From: Candidatus Multivoradales bacterium
GTDB taxonomy: Bacteria > Acidobacteriota > Thermoanaerobaculia > Multivoradales > J023
DNA length: 64,000 nt
Direction of reading: 5' to 3'
Assembly: GCA_965248925.1 (NCBI GenBank)
Contig: CBDFLE010000006.1
Location: 1,280,001 to 1,344,000, forward strand
Shown piece by piece: positions 10,216-20,403 of this stretch (positions are counted from its first letter, which is position 1; the number at the start of each line of letters is the position of its first letter). The position numbers were made by a program, and so were the translations under genes. The notes beneath the pieces were generated by a model, which worked only from the letters and a program-made list of their open reading frames with translations, searched no databases and was not told where the DNA came from.

Positions 10216-11190
10216 ATGGCTGAGACTTCCCAAACTTCTTCTCCCAACCCCGGTACCCGTTCCGCAGCCCATCCTGGGTCCAAGATCGGCGTCGCGGTGT
10301 CCAGAGTTTTCGACAACCTATCGCCCGACGAGCCGCAGAAGGCGGCGCGCACGGCCCGCCGGCAGCTGAAGAAAAAAGAGACCAAGCGGGTAGTACAAGC
10401 GGCGTTGGAACGCTACTTTGCAAGTGAAGATCTGAAGCCCTATCAGGCCGAGCTGATCAAGTTGCAGCAGCACATCGAGGCCACCGGCAAGAAGATCATC
10501 ATCCTCTTCGACGGTCGCGATGCTGCCGGCAAGGGCGGCACCATCCGCCGCGTCACTCGCTACATGAACGAGAAACGCTACCGCGTGGTGGCCCTGGGCA
10601 AGCCGACCAAAGAGCAGAAGACCGAGCTGCACATGAAGCGCTACATCGAGCAGCTTCCCCACGCCGGCGAGATGGTGCTCTTCGACCGCAGCTGGTACAA
10701 CCGGGCGATGGTCGAACCGGTCATGGGTTTCTGTAGCGCCAAGCAGTATCGCGACTTCATGCGCCGAGTCACGGGCTATGAAGAGCGCCTCTTGACCGAT
10801 GCCACGACTCATTTGATCAAGCTCTACTTCTCGGTCTCCAAAGACGAGCAGAATCGCCGCTTCGACCGGCGCCGCAACGATCCCCTGCGGCATTGGAAGT
10901 TGAGCGAAGTGGATCTGCAAGCCCAGGATCTATGGGACGAATTCACCGAGAAGAAGTTTCGTCTGCTACAGAAAACTCATACCGAGAAGACCCCGTGGTA
11001 CATTGTTCGGTCGGACCAAAAGCACTTGGCTCGCCGAGAGACCATCAAACTGATTCTCAAGCTGATCCCTTATCGGGGACGCAGCCGCAAGCTCAGCTTC
11101 GACCTCGACCCAGAGGTAGTGATCCCCGGCGACGAGGAGATCCGACTGATGCGCAGGCAGCGGCGCCGACACGGTAGGTTCTTGGCCTAG
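10216..11190 (+). CDS. ppk2: Polyphosphate kinase 2
   Basis: DGRDAAGKGGTI, FDRSWYNRAMVEPVMGFC, DPLRHWKLS. Confidence 0.95.
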   Translation: MAETSQTSSPNPGTRSAAHPGSKIGVAVSRVFDNLSPDEPQKAARTARRQLKKKETKRVVQAALERYFASEDLKPYQAELIKLQQHIEATGKKIIILFDGRDAAGKGGTIRRVTRYMNEKRYRVVALGKPTKEQKTELHMKRYIEQLPHAGEMVLFDRSWYNRAMVEPVMGFCSAKQYRDFMRRVTGYEERLLTDATTHLIKLYFSVSKDEQNRRFDRRRNDPLRHWKLSEVDLQAQDLWDEFTEKKFRLLQKTHTEKTPWYIVRSDQKHLARRETIKLILKLIPYRGRSRKLSFDLDPEVVIPGDEEIRLMRRQRRRHGRFLA

Positions 11191-11244
11191 AAGCACCCGC
11201 GAAGCCGACCACTGCAATCGCCCAAACTCACAGGTAACCACCGC

Positions 11245-12081
11245 ATGACCGAGAAAGAGAAAGAGAAAGAGAAAGAGAAAGAGCCGGCCGCTGGCGATGA
11301 CCTCATCGACAAGAGACTGAAGTACAGCGAGGACCTCCGCGGTTTGCAAGTCGAACTGCTCAAGTTCCAGAACCACGTCAAAGACCAGGGTCTGCGGGTT
11401 GTGTTGCTCTTCGAGGGGCGGGATGCCGCCGGCAAGGGTGGCACCATCAAACGCTTTACCCAGCACCTCAACCCTCGCGGCGCTCGGGTTGTAGCCCTAG
11501 AGAAACCTAGTGATCGCGAGCGAACGCAGTGGTTCTTCCAGCGCTATGTAGCCCATCTTCCTGCAGCTGGTGAGATCGTTTTTTTCGATCGCTCGTGGTA
11601 CAACCGCGCCATGGTCGAGCCGATCATGGGGTTTTGCAACGACGAGCAGAACAAGCGCTTCTTAAAGGATGTGCCGCAGTTTGAGAAACTGCTAGTCAAA
11701 GATGGCATTCTTCTGTTCAAATATTATTTCTCTGTATCGAAGGAAGAGCAGCTACAGCGCTTCGAATCGCGCACCAATGATCCCCTAAAGCAGTACAAAA
11801 TTTCGCCAGTGGACCGCGAGGCGCAGAATTTGTGGAACCAATACACGGTAAAGAAATTCCAGATGCTCGGAGAATCCAACCGCTCCCTGACCCCCTGGAC
11901 GATCATTCGTTCGGACAATAAGAAACGGGCTCGGGTGAATTGCATCAGACACTTTCTGAGCCAGGTCGATTTTCCAGCTAAACCCGACCCTGAGCGCTTC
12001 ACCACCGACCCAGAGGTCGTCATCTCCGGCATCGATGAGCTCAAGTTCCTCGAAGACAACCTCTTCGATATCCGCAAGTAG
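11245..12081 (+). CDS. ppk2: Polyphosphate kinase 2 (second copy)
   Basis: EGRDAAGKGGTI, FDRSWYNRAMVEPIMGFC, DPLKQYKISPVD. Confidence 0.95.
   Translation: MTEKEKEKEKEKEPAAGDDLIDKRLKYSEDLRGLQVELLKFQNHVKDQGLRVVLLFEGRDAAGKGGTIKRFTQHLNPRGARVVALEKPSDRERTQWFFQRYVAHLPAAGEIVFFDRSWYNRAMVEPIMGFCNDEQNKRFLKDVPQFEKLLVKDGILLFKYYFSVSKEEQLQRFESRTNDPLKQYKISPVDREAQNLWNQYTVKKFQMLGESNRSLTPWTIIRSDNKKRARVNCIRHFLSQVDFPAKPDPERFTTDPEVVISGIDELKFLEDNLFDIRK
11251..11283 (+). repeat. (GAGAAA)5.5 in-frame microsatellite encoding an EK repeat
   Basis: Read directly from the sequence. Confidence 0.95.
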
Positions 12082-12291
12082 TCCCCCCAGGCCCGGTACT
12101 TCAACCGGACCCACAACGACTTCGAATTGAACGAGTCTGGGAGTGCGGGAGTCCCAGGAAGGCGAAACGCAACATTATTTTCAAGAATTTCCGTGGGTTT
12201 TCGGAGTCCCGCCAATCCGCCACCGGCGACCGGGCACTGGGAAATGACGGCGGAGGCTGCGTATCGCCAAGAACAGGGGTACAATGAGCCC

Positions 12292-12513
12292 ATGAAGCCG
12301 ATCCGTGATCAGGCCCTGCTCGACCGCATGGAGAGGATGTTCGACCTCTGCGACGCCGCTGAAGACCTGATGCGGCAGAATATCCGCCGTCGCCACCCCG
12401 AGTTCAGCGACGCAGAAGTCGAGCAGCGCATCGCCGCTTGGTACCTAGACCGCCCGATCGAACTCGACGAGCACGTCGCCGGCCCCTACCAGCGCCTTGG
12501 CTCACTCCTATGA
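12292..12513 (+). CDS. Small helical protein, putative antitoxin partner of the nucleotidyltransferase
   Basis: MKPIRDQALLDRMERMFDL...RQNIRRRHPEFSDAEVEQRIAAW; ATGA overlap with the next gene; TACAAT 6 nt upstream of the ATG. Confidence 0.7.
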   Translation: MKPIRDQALLDRMERMFDLCDAAEDLMRQNIRRRHPEFSDAEVEQRIAAWYLDRPIELDEHVAGPYQRLGSLL

Positions 12514-13112
12514 GCCTCCTAACCCGCGGCTTGATTCAGCTGGATGCTGATCTGCGGGCCCTTGACCTGAGGTGGGCTGTGATCGGTGGACTGGCGGTAT
12601 CAGTCCACTCGATTCCCAGAACTACCGAGGACCTGGACGCTGCATTAGCGGTCACCGGAGACCCTCAAGCTGAGCAAGTCACAGGGGATCTGCGCGCCCG
12701 AGGCTACCGCCTGATGACCCCACCCATCGAGCAGACCGAGACTGGTAGGTTGGCCACGGTTCGCTTCCACGCTCCACCGCACGCCAGCCACCACCTGATC
12801 GTAGACTTGATGTTCGCCTCTTCCGGTATCGAGCGCGAGATCGTCGCAGCTGCCACAAAACTTGAGGTTCTGCGGCAAGTCGTCGTGCCCGTCATCTGCC
12901 TTGGACATCTCCTGGCCTTGAAGATGTTGGCCAGCCGGCCGCAGGATCTGGCGGACATTCAGCGGTTGCTAGAGACTGCAACGAGCGAAGATCGGCGACA
13001 GGCTGAGGATGCCTTGGAGCTGATCTCCCGACGAGGGTTCGACCGCGGCAAGAACCTGCAGACCAATTTTGCGCAGCAGCTGGCGCTGTTCAACGAAAGC
13101 AAATCCGGATGA
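12510..13112 (+). CDS. Nucleotidyltransferase (AbiEii/DUF6036-like)
   Basis: WAVIGGLAV...PRTTEDLD (GG...DxD), LLALKMLASRPQDLADI. Confidence 0.85.
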   Translation: MSLLTRGLIQLDADLRALDLRWAVIGGLAVSVHSIPRTTEDLDAALAVTGDPQAEQVTGDLRARGYRLMTPPIEQTETGRLATVRFHAPPHASHHLIVDLMFASSGIEREIVAAATKLEVLRQVVVPVICLGHLLALKMLASRPQDLADIQRLLETATSEDRRQAEDALELISRRGFDRGKNLQTNFAQQLALFNESKSG

Positions 13113-15964
13113 GCGGTACCGACATCAAGGATCCCTTCTACCAAAATATTTTTCAAGCGCTGGAATCGAAACGCTTCGACCCGCTCACCTTCGAAGCTTG
13201 CATGTGCGACTTGTTGCGGGGCGCGCCCTTCGACGATCTGGTGCCGGTCCCCGGCGGCAGCGATAGTGGCACGGACGGCGCCTTCGCGGATGGGAAGGGC
13301 GAAGCATATCCACTGATCACTACCACCGGTCAAAACGTGATCGGCAACCTCACCCGTAGCCTGGATTCCTACCTGAAGAAAGGCGGTAGGCGCCGAAAAG
13401 CGGTGCTCGCCACATCGGTCGCTCTGACCCCCAAACGCAGAAGAAACCTCGAAGAACGCGCCAGGGAAAAGGGTTTCGTGCTCTGCCAGGTTGTCGAGCA
13501 ACTAGGCATCGCCGATCGCCTCTACCGGAGTCCACACTGGTGCAAGGAGTTGCTCGGGCTCGCCGGTACACCACCAGCACTGTCGATCGTACCTCTGCGA
13601 CGCCGACCACACATTGAGATTGAGCTGATCGGCAGAGACGCTGACCTTGAGTGGCTGAGGACTACCGCTGGAGATCGGGTGCTATCTGGCCAACCGGGGG
13701 CTGGCAAGACCTTTCTCTTGCAACAGCTGGTCAAAGAAGGGGGCGGACTCTTCTTGACCAGCGACGATCACAACGAGATAGCCAACGCGCTGCGCAGCCA
13801 GCAACCGAGGGTGGTGATTGTCGACGACGCTCACCAGGGCCCCGAGCTGCTCATATACCTACGTCATCTGCGCGAGAGCCTGGACTCATTCTCGATCATT
13901 GCCAGCACTTGGATTAGCGGCCGGGAAGCGGTAGCCAGGGCGCTGGAAGCGCCTGATGAGCAATGCCGTCAGCTTGAACTCTTGACCCGCGAGCAGATCC
14001 TTGAGATCTACCGACAGGCCGGGGTCGATGCACACGATGATCTCCTCCGTGAGCTGGTCGACCAAGCGTCGAACAAACCCGGCCTGGCGGCCACCCTGGC
14101 ACGGTTCTGGTTGCGGGGCTCATGGCGCGTGGTGCTCGGGGGCAAAGCGCTGAGCCAGGCACTGATTCCCGATCTTCGCCAGCTCATGGGCAAAGGCACA
14201 ACCGATCTCTTGGCGGCGCTCGGAATCGGCGGCGAGGCTGGCATGGTGCCGCATAAAGTCGGGAAACTCCTCGGACTCAGCAAAGTGGAGACCCGCGAGA
14301 TTGCGAACGGCCTCGCCACGGGCGGCGTTCTCTTCGAGAACGGACAAAACCTCGTGGTGAGACCCGACGCGCTCCGCTCAGCTTTGCTGTCAGAGGTCTT
14401 CTTCAGTGGCTCGCCTACCGATCACAACTTTCTACCCATCCTTGAACTCGCACCCGATCGTTCCGCTGCTATCGTGGCGCTGGTCACCGCCGCACGCACC
14501 GGCGCCCAAATCCCAAAACTACAGCAGCTGATCCACGAGAGCGACTCCATCTACGCCTGGCAAGGTTACGCCGCTCTGGGCGAGCAAGAAGCTCGATGGG
14601 CGCTGACTCACTACCCTGGATCGGTCATCAACATCGCGCGGGAAGCGCTGGATCAAGCAGCTCCAAGCGCCATTGAGAAGCTCCTGGTAGCTGCCGCCAA
14701 TGGCCAGCCGGCGGCGGGCGAGCCGGCGTACTCCTGCCTCAGGAAGTGGCTCCAGGAGATACAGATCGCACCTGCCAAGTCGATCCGGCGGCGCCAGCTG
14801 CTGATGGATCAAGCCGAGCGCTACCTCAAGTGCGATGGAGACCCGCTGGTTGCCGTACGGGCCTTTCTCCTGACGCTGACTCCGATCTGCGCGGAGACCA
14901 CGGTCGACCCTGGTCTCGGCAAGAGAATCACTGACAGGTACCGCCTGCTGCCCGTCGAACAGCTGTCGGAGATCCTGAGCATCTGGAAGAAAGGACAGAA
15001 GATCATCGGCGATATCGACAGCGAAGTCTGGTCGTCTCTGAGCGGTGCGCTGTTGGACTGGATTCAACCTGGACGAGCCTGCATCACCAATGTACCGGCA
15101 GACCACTTTCAAGTCATGCAGGAAATCGCCAGAGTCATGCTGCAAGATCTGGCTCTACTGATTGGTGCTAACCCCAGCCTGGCGACTGGGCTCTCACGAC
15201 TGGCGAGCAAAATCGGGCATGAGTTAGAGGTGGGCATTGATGGAAACTTCGACTTGATCTTTCCCGATCCGGCGATGATCCAGCCCAGTCCCAACGAGGA
15301 GCCGCTCCGGCAGCTGGCCCGCCGGTGGAGCGAGACGATGCGGCCAGCCGAGATTGCGGACTGCCTGGCCACCTACCAGCAACAAGCTGACCTGATCGGT
15401 CACCGGCTGTCCGGTCGGCAAATCAGGTTCTGTGAGCTACTGGCCACTGAAGCGCCCGAGCCCATCCGTTGGCTGGACGCTTTCCTGGCCCGCGGTCTCG
15501 CCGGCAACCTCTTCCATCCACTCCTGGAGCGGATCGCCGAGTACAAGCCGCCAGGCTGGCAGAGATCCTTCGACAAGGTGCTCGCCATCGGGGACCAGTC
15601 GTGGGCAGCCATCGATCTGATCTTGCGTAGGCAGGCCCACTCAGGAGCTCTCCTGAGCAAAGCCCTGGAGCTTGGCGTGCTCTATCCGCAGCTGATCGAA
15701 ACTCTCTGCCTGCGACGAGAGATTCCGCTTGCCACTTTGAAGAAGCTACTCCAACATCCGAACCGGGAGCTTGCATTGACCGCTGCTATCGGCGAATGGG
15801 CCGCCAAATCCGACGGCAAAGTGCGTCCAGAGATCGAAGAGGCGTGGCGCCAGGCGATTCTCGACTTCGATCCCGGCGGCAGCGGTGGCAGAGCGGGAAA
15901 CGAAGCGCGGCTCTACTGGATGGAGCAGATTCTGCGCCGCAACCCCGACCTTGAGTATGCCTGA
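13109..15964 (+). CDS. N-terminal PD-(D/E)xK REase-like domain + STAND-type P-loop NTPase + helical region (Avs-like putative defence protein)
   Basis: FEACMCDLL...GGSDSGTDG; Walker A GQPGAGKT; Walker B VVIVDDAH; 951 aa; ATGA-coupled to the NTase. Confidence 0.75.
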   Translation: MSGTDIKDPFYQNIFQALESKRFDPLTFEACMCDLLRGAPFDDLVPVPGGSDSGTDGAFADGKGEAYPLITTTGQNVIGNLTRSLDSYLKKGGRRRKAVLATSVALTPKRRRNLEERAREKGFVLCQVVEQLGIADRLYRSPHWCKELLGLAGTPPALSIVPLRRRPHIEIELIGRDADLEWLRTTAGDRVLSGQPGAGKTFLLQQLVKEGGGLFLTSDDHNEIANALRSQQPRVVIVDDAHQGPELLIYLRHLRESLDSFSIIASTWISGREAVARALEAPDEQCRQLELLTREQILEIYRQAGVDAHDDLLRELVDQASNKPGLAATLARFWLRGSWRVVLGGKALSQALIPDLRQLMGKGTTDLLAALGIGGEAGMVPHKVGKLLGLSKVETREIANGLATGGVLFENGQNLVVRPDALRSALLSEVFFSGSPTDHNFLPILELAPDRSAAIVALVTAARTGAQIPKLQQLIHESDSIYAWQGYAALGEQEARWALTHYPGSVINIAREALDQAAPSAIEKLLVAAANGQPAAGEPAYSCLRKWLQEIQIAPAKSIRRRQLLMDQAERYLKCDGDPLVAVRAFLLTLTPICAETTVDPGLGKRITDRYRLLPVEQLSEILSIWKKGQKIIGDIDSEVWSSLSGALLDWIQPGRACITNVPADHFQVMQEIARVMLQDLALLIGANPSLATGLSRLASKIGHELEVGIDGNFDLIFPDPAMIQPSPNEEPLRQLARRWSETMRPAEIADCLATYQQQADLIGHRLSGRQIRFCELLATEAPEPIRWLDAFLARGLAGNLFHPLLERIAEYKPPGWQRSFDKVLAIGDQSWAAIDLILRRQAHSGALLSKALELGVLYPQLIETLCLRREIPLATLKKLLQHPNRELALTAAIGEWAAKSDGKVRPEIEEAWRQAILDFDPGGSGGRAGNEARLYWMEQILRRNPDLEYA

Positions 15965-15966
15965 CT

Positions 15967-16494
15967 TCAGAAGCTAAACCGCGACACCCAGCGCCGCGGC
16001 TCGAAAGGCGGGATCGCCAGCGGCTCCAGCAGCTCAGTGCCGGGCTCGAGGAGTTGGCGGAAGTCGACCTTCTCGCCAGTGCGGTAGAAGTGCTCGAGGT
16101 AACGCCAATCGGCGGCCGACCAATCACCCAGCCATTGATCGAAATCCGCCAGGCCCGCCTCGCGGAAAAGCTGCAAGGCGTAGCGCGCCGCTTCTTGCTC
16201 GTAAAGCCGCACTTTTTCCAGCAAATGCGCCGGCGGTTTCTACACCCCATAGCGAGTGCCGAGTTCGCGAGCATCGTAGTCCACCGCCCACTGCACGGTG
16301 TGGCCGAAGAGGTGGGCCAGGATAAATACCGCCAAGTCAAAATCCAGATCTTAGTCGACCCGGATCGATACGCCATCGAAGTCGCCGGTGTTGGGAGCGA
16401 CCACATCGGAGATCATCACCGGCAAACCATATCGACGCTCGATGTGGCGCTCCAACCGGTCGTAAGCTTGCTTGAGGTTCAACTTGCGACCCAT
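15967..16494 (-). pseudogene. Hypothetical protein with HLFGH motif, interrupted by two in-frame stops
   Basis: MGRKLNLKQAYDRLE...SIRVD*DLDF...LAHLFGHTVQW...RYGV*KPPAHLLEKVRLYEQEAARY; TAA at 16351-16353 and TAG at 16240-16242, one frame throughout. Confidence 0.75.
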
Positions 16495-16523
16495 CCAAGT
16501 CACTGTTTCTTGAGCGGTGACGG

Positions 16524-17927
16524 TCATCCTTCGCTGCCCAAGTCCAGGACTTGAACGGTCATTCGCTGGCGCAGGGTGGCAGCTTGCGCAGCGATCTGCT
16601 CGGGGGCAGTTCCCCCCTCTGAAGTGCGCCGCTCGGCGGCACGGCGGGGATCGAGCACCTCGCTCAAGTCGGTGGCCAGGGTCGGGTGGAAGCGGCCGGC
16701 GATCTCCGGAGTCAGGGCCAACAGATCGGTGCCCTGCTCTTCACACCAGCGGACGATCTGGCCGACGACCTCGTGCGCCTGACGGAACGGTACTCCCTCG
16801 GCGGACATCAGGTCGGCAAGTTCTGTGGCGAGGCTGAAATCCCCCTGCAGAGCCGCCTCGAAACGATCTCTTCGCACCTCCAAAGTGCGCCAACAACCGG
16901 CCATGATCTCCAGACTCGCTTGCAGAGTCTCGACGGCATCGAAGAGCGGCTCGCGGTCTTCTTGCAAATCTCGGTTGTAGGCTAGCGGCAGACCCTTGGT
17001 CAGGTGCAGCAGAGCCATCAGGTCGCCAACCACCCGCGACGCCTTACCGCGCACCAGCTCGGCAGCATCCGGATTGCGCTTCTGCGGCATGATCGACGAA
17101 CCGGTGGCGTAGGCCTCGCCGAGACGCACGAAGGCGAACTCGCTGGAGGACCACAGCACCAGCTCTTCGGCCATGCGACTGAGGTGGGTGGCGCAGATCG
17201 CCGCCGCTGCCGCCACCTCTTGCTGGTGATCGCGGGCGGCCACCGCGTCCATGGCGTTGACGGCCACGGAGGCAAAACTGAGCAGCTCGGCGGTGCGCTC
17301 GCGATCGATCGGATGCGGGGTGCCGGCCATCGCACACGCTCCCAGGGGGCATTTATCAAGTCGGGCAAGGGCATCGGCAAAGCGGCCACGGTCGCGCTCG
17401 AGCGCCCAGGCATGGGCCAGCAACTGATGACCCAGCAAAATCGGCTGGCCGCGCTGCAAGTGGGTGTAACCCGGCATCAACACCTGGCCGTCGACCCCTT
17501 CCACCCGATCGAGCAAGGCGGTCAACAACTCGTCCAAGGCCCGATCAACTTCCACCAGGCGGCGCTTGAGCCACAGACGGACATCGGTCGCCACCTGATC
17601 GTTGCGCGAGCGGGCGGTGTGCAGCCGTCCACCAACCTCGCCCAGCAGGGTGGTGAGCCGCGCCTCGATCGCCATGTGGATATCCTCGTCGGCGTCTCCC
17701 GGGCGCAACTCACCGGCGGTTAGTTCAGCCGCCACTTGGTGGAGGCCCGCGACCAGGGCCGCCGCATCAGCGCTGTCGAGAATGCCCTGCTCGCCGAGCA
17801 TGCGAACATGGGCCAGCGAGCCGTCGACATCTTCCCGCCACATCCGCAGGTCGACCTCGGTCGACGACGAGTAGGACTGCATGTCGGCCCCGGTGGCGGT
17901 ACCAAATCGACCGCGCAAGCGACTCAT
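16524..17927 (-). CDS. argH: Argininosuccinate lyase
   Basis: [29 protein letters not shown]. Confidence 0.97.
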   Translation of the reverse strand: MSRLRGRFGTATGADMQSYSSSTEVDLRMWREDVDGSLAHVRMLGEQGILDSADAAALVAGLHQVAAELTAGELRPGDADEDIHMAIEARLTTLLGEVGGRLHTARSRNDQVATDVRLWLKRRLVEVDRALDELLTALLDRVEGVDGQVLMPGYTHLQRGQPILLGHQLLAHAWALERDRGRFADALARLDKCPLGACAMAGTPHPIDRERTAELLSFASVAVNAMDAVAARDHQQEVAAAAAICATHLSRMAEELVLWSSSEFAFVRLGEAYATGSSIMPQKRNPDAAELVRGKASRVVGDLMALLHLTKGLPLAYNRDLQEDREPLFDAVETLQASLEIMAGCWRTLEVRRDRFEAALQGDFSLATELADLMSAEGVPFRQAHEVVGQIVRWCEEQGTDLLALTPEIAGRFHPTLATDLSEVLDPRRAAERRTSEGGTAPEQIAAQAATLRQRMTVQVLDLGSEG

Positions 17928-19129
17928 TCACCCTCCGAGATGCGACGCTGGCCAAAGGACCGCAGCCGCAGCGCGCCGAGGCGGATGAAGCCAGTGGCGT
18001 CAGACTGATCGAAAACATCGTCGGCCTCAAAGGTAGCGGTTTGCTCGTCATACAAGGTGTGCTCGTCAGAGCGCCGGCCTTCGAGGGTGACGTTGCCTTT
18101 GTAGAGCTTCAGTCGTGCCTCGCCGCCGACCCGCTTTTGCACGTTGTCCACGAACGATTGCAGGGCCTCGCGCTCAGGGCTGAACCAGTAGCCGTTGTAG
18201 ACCATCGCCGCATAGCGCGGCATCAACTCGTCGCACAGGTGGGCGACCTCGCGGTCCAAAGTGATCGATTCGACGGCGCGGTGAGCGTGGTGCAACAAGG
18301 TCGCTCCCGGTGTTTCGTAGACTCCTCGGCTTTTCATCCCCAAGAAACGATTCTCGACGATGTCGACCCGGCCTACACCATGCCTTCCAGCCAATCTGTT
18401 GAGCTTCTCGAGCAAGGCCACCGGCGCCAACTCCTCGCCATCCACTGCCACCGGATTGCCCTGGTCGAAGCGAATGGCCACCCATTCGGGCTGGTCGGGG
18501 GCGAGCTGCGGATCGACGGTCATGCGAAACATATCCGCCGGCGGCGCTGCCCAAGGGTCCTCCAGAACCCCCCCTTCGTAGGAGATGTGCATCAGATTGG
18601 CATCCATCGAGTATTCGGGCTTGGGTGCCGCCGCCAGGTCGATCTGGTGCCGCTGGGCGTAGGCCACCAGGTCGGAACGGCCCTTGTACTCCCATTCTCT
18701 CCATGGCGCGATGATCTGGATGTTGGGATCAAGTCCATAGGCGGCGAACTCAAATCGGATCTGATCGTTGCCTTTGCCGGTGGCACCATGAGCAATCGCC
18801 TCGCAACCTAGCCGCTTGGCGGCGCGCATCATGCCGCGAGCGATCACCGGCCGGGCCAAGGCGGTGCCCATCAGGTAATAGCCCTCGTAGATGGCACTGG
18901 CGCGCAACGCCGGAAAAATACAATCGCGGACGAATTCTTCGCGCAGATCTTCGATCACCAGACCATCGGAACCGGTGATCTCAGCTCCTCGGCGCGCCTT
19001 CTCCAGCTCGTCGGAACCTTGGCCAACATCACCGGTGTAGGCCACCACCTCAGCGTCGTACTGGCGCTGAATCCAGTGCAGGATTACCGACGTATCGAGC
19101 CCACCAGAGTAGGCCAACAAGACTTTCAT
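17924..19129 (-). CDS. argG: Argininosuccinate synthase
   Basis: [34 protein letters not shown]. Confidence 0.97.
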   Translation of the reverse strand: MKVLLAYSGGLDTSVILHWIQRQYDAEVVAYTGDVGQGSDELEKARRGAEITGSDGLVIEDLREEFVRDCIFPALRASAIYEGYYLMGTALARPVIARGMMRAAKRLGCEAIAHGATGKGNDQIRFEFAAYGLDPNIQIIAPWREWEYKGRSDLVAYAQRHQIDLAAAPKPEYSMDANLMHISYEGGVLEDPWAAPPADMFRMTVDPQLAPDQPEWVAIRFDQGNPVAVDGEELAPVALLEKLNRLAGRHGVGRVDIVENRFLGMKSRGVYETPGATLLHHAHRAVESITLDREVAHLCDELMPRYAAMVYNGYWFSPEREALQSFVDNVQKRVGGEARLKLYKGNVTLEGRRSDEHTLYDEQTATFEADDVFDQSDATGFIRLGALRLRSFGQRRISEGE

Positions 19130-19134
19130 GGTTC

Positions 19135-19602
19135 TCAGGTCTCCAAGATCTCTTCCAGCCGGGTCACCAGCTTGGCGCCGCCATCGAGGCCGCGAGCCAC
19201 CACCATCACCGTGTCATCACCAGCCAAAGTAGCCACCACGTCATCAAGACCAGCACTGTCGAGAACCGCCGCCAGGGCACTGGCGGCCCCCGGCGGAGTG
19301 CGTAGCAACGCCAGGTTGAGGGAGTGGTCGAGTTCGACGACGAAGTCCCGCAGCATCCGAGCAAGCTCGGTGTAGCCGCCTGCCAGCCCGAGGTTTCGCC
19401 GCAGGCTGTAGTACTCCGTGCCATCGGCCGCCGCGACCTTCTCGGCACCTAGCTCCGCCAAGTCGCGCGACACGGTGGTCTGAGTGACTCGGTGGCCGCT
19501 TTCGGCGAGCAGCGCGACGAGGTCGGACTGCTGATTTATTTGCCGCCCGCCCACCAGCCGACGGATCAGCAAGCGGCGCGCACTGGCACGATGGCGAGTC
19601 AT
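19135..19602 (-). CDS. argR: Arginine repressor
   Basis: [23 protein letters not shown]. Confidence 0.95.
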   Translation of the reverse strand: MTRHRASARRLLIRRLVGGRQINQQSDLVALLAESGHRVTQTTVSRDLAELGAEKVAAADGTEYYSLRRNLGLAGGYTELARMLRDFVVELDHSLNLALLRTPPGAASALAAVLDSAGLDDVVATLAGDDTVMVVARGLDGGAKLVTRLEEILET

Positions 19603-19637
19603 TTAAGATCTCTGCAAGTTTGCGAATGCTAAATTGC

Positions 19638-19655
19638 AATGCGCATACGCGCATA
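19638..19655. promoter_or_regulatory. Candidate ARG box (ArgR operator)
   Basis: Palindrome ATGCGC-ATAC-GCGCAT (19639-19654) with TG-N10-CA geometry just upstream of argR; more GC-rich than the canonical box. Confidence 0.35.
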
Positions 19656-19695
19656 GTAGCTAGAGACTCGAAGCTTTGTCAAGCAGCAGCCGTGG

Positions 19696-20403
19696 CTAGC
19701 CAACAAATCTATAGCCGCGTCCACGAACCGTGTGGATATAGCGTGGTTTGGCGGGCTGCGGTTCCAGCTTGTGGCGCAGCGCGGCCACATGCACATCGAC
19801 GGTGCGAGTCTGCGGCGTGGCGCTGTAGCCCCACACCTCGTCGAGCAGCAGGTCGCGACTGAGCACCTTGTCCCGCTGCTCGACAAAGTAGGCCAGGAGG
19901 CGGAATTCGAGGGCCGACAAGTCTACCGGCTGGCCCGCGCGCAAGACTTCACCGCGTTCGAAGTCGATTCGCACATCACCGAACAGATAGCTGCCGGTGC
20001 CAGGCTCGATCGGCGAGCGAGCCCGGCGCAGCAAGGCTTCGATTCTGGCCAGCAGTTCCAGCATCTCGAAGGGCTTGGTCAGATAGTCATCCGCGCCAAT
20101 CTTCAGGCCGACCACTTTGTCGACCACCTGACTGCGGGCGGTGAGCATCAGCACCGGTATCCGCAAGTCGTGGCGACGCAGGTCGCGACAGACATCGAGC
20201 CCGCTCTTCTTCGGTAACATCAGATCCAGAATCACCAGGTCGTAATGACCGCTCAGGGCGAGTTCCAGCCCACGCTCGCCGTCGGTCGCGACCTCGACTT
20301 CGTAGTCTTCGCTTCGCAAGCGGTCTTCCAGGGTCAGCACCAAGCTAGGCTCGTCCTCGACCACCAAAACACGGCGCCGTGGTGGGCGCGGCTCAACCAA
20401 CAT
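19696..20403 (-). CDS. OmpR/PhoB family response regulator
   Basis: VVEDE, ILDLMLP, GADDYLTKPF, wHTH with RTVDVHV...TVRGRGY. Confidence 0.95.
   Translation of the reverse strand: MLVEPRPPRRRVLVVEDEPSLVLTLEDRLRSEDYEVEVATDGERGLELALSGHYDLVILDLMLPKKSGLDVCRDLRRHDLRIPVLMLTARSQVVDKVVGLKIGADDYLTKPFEMLELLARIEALLRRARSPIEPGTGSYLFGDVRIDFERGEVLRAGQPVDLSALEFRLLAYFVEQRDKVLSRDLLLDEVWGYSATPQTRTVDVHVAALRHKLEPQPAKPRYIHTVRGRGYRFVG

Noticed and set aside
16240-16353. Stop-codon reassignment or readthrough explaining the in-frame TAA and TAG
   Set aside because: TAA and TAG terminate many intact genes in this window, and two different stops occur in one gene
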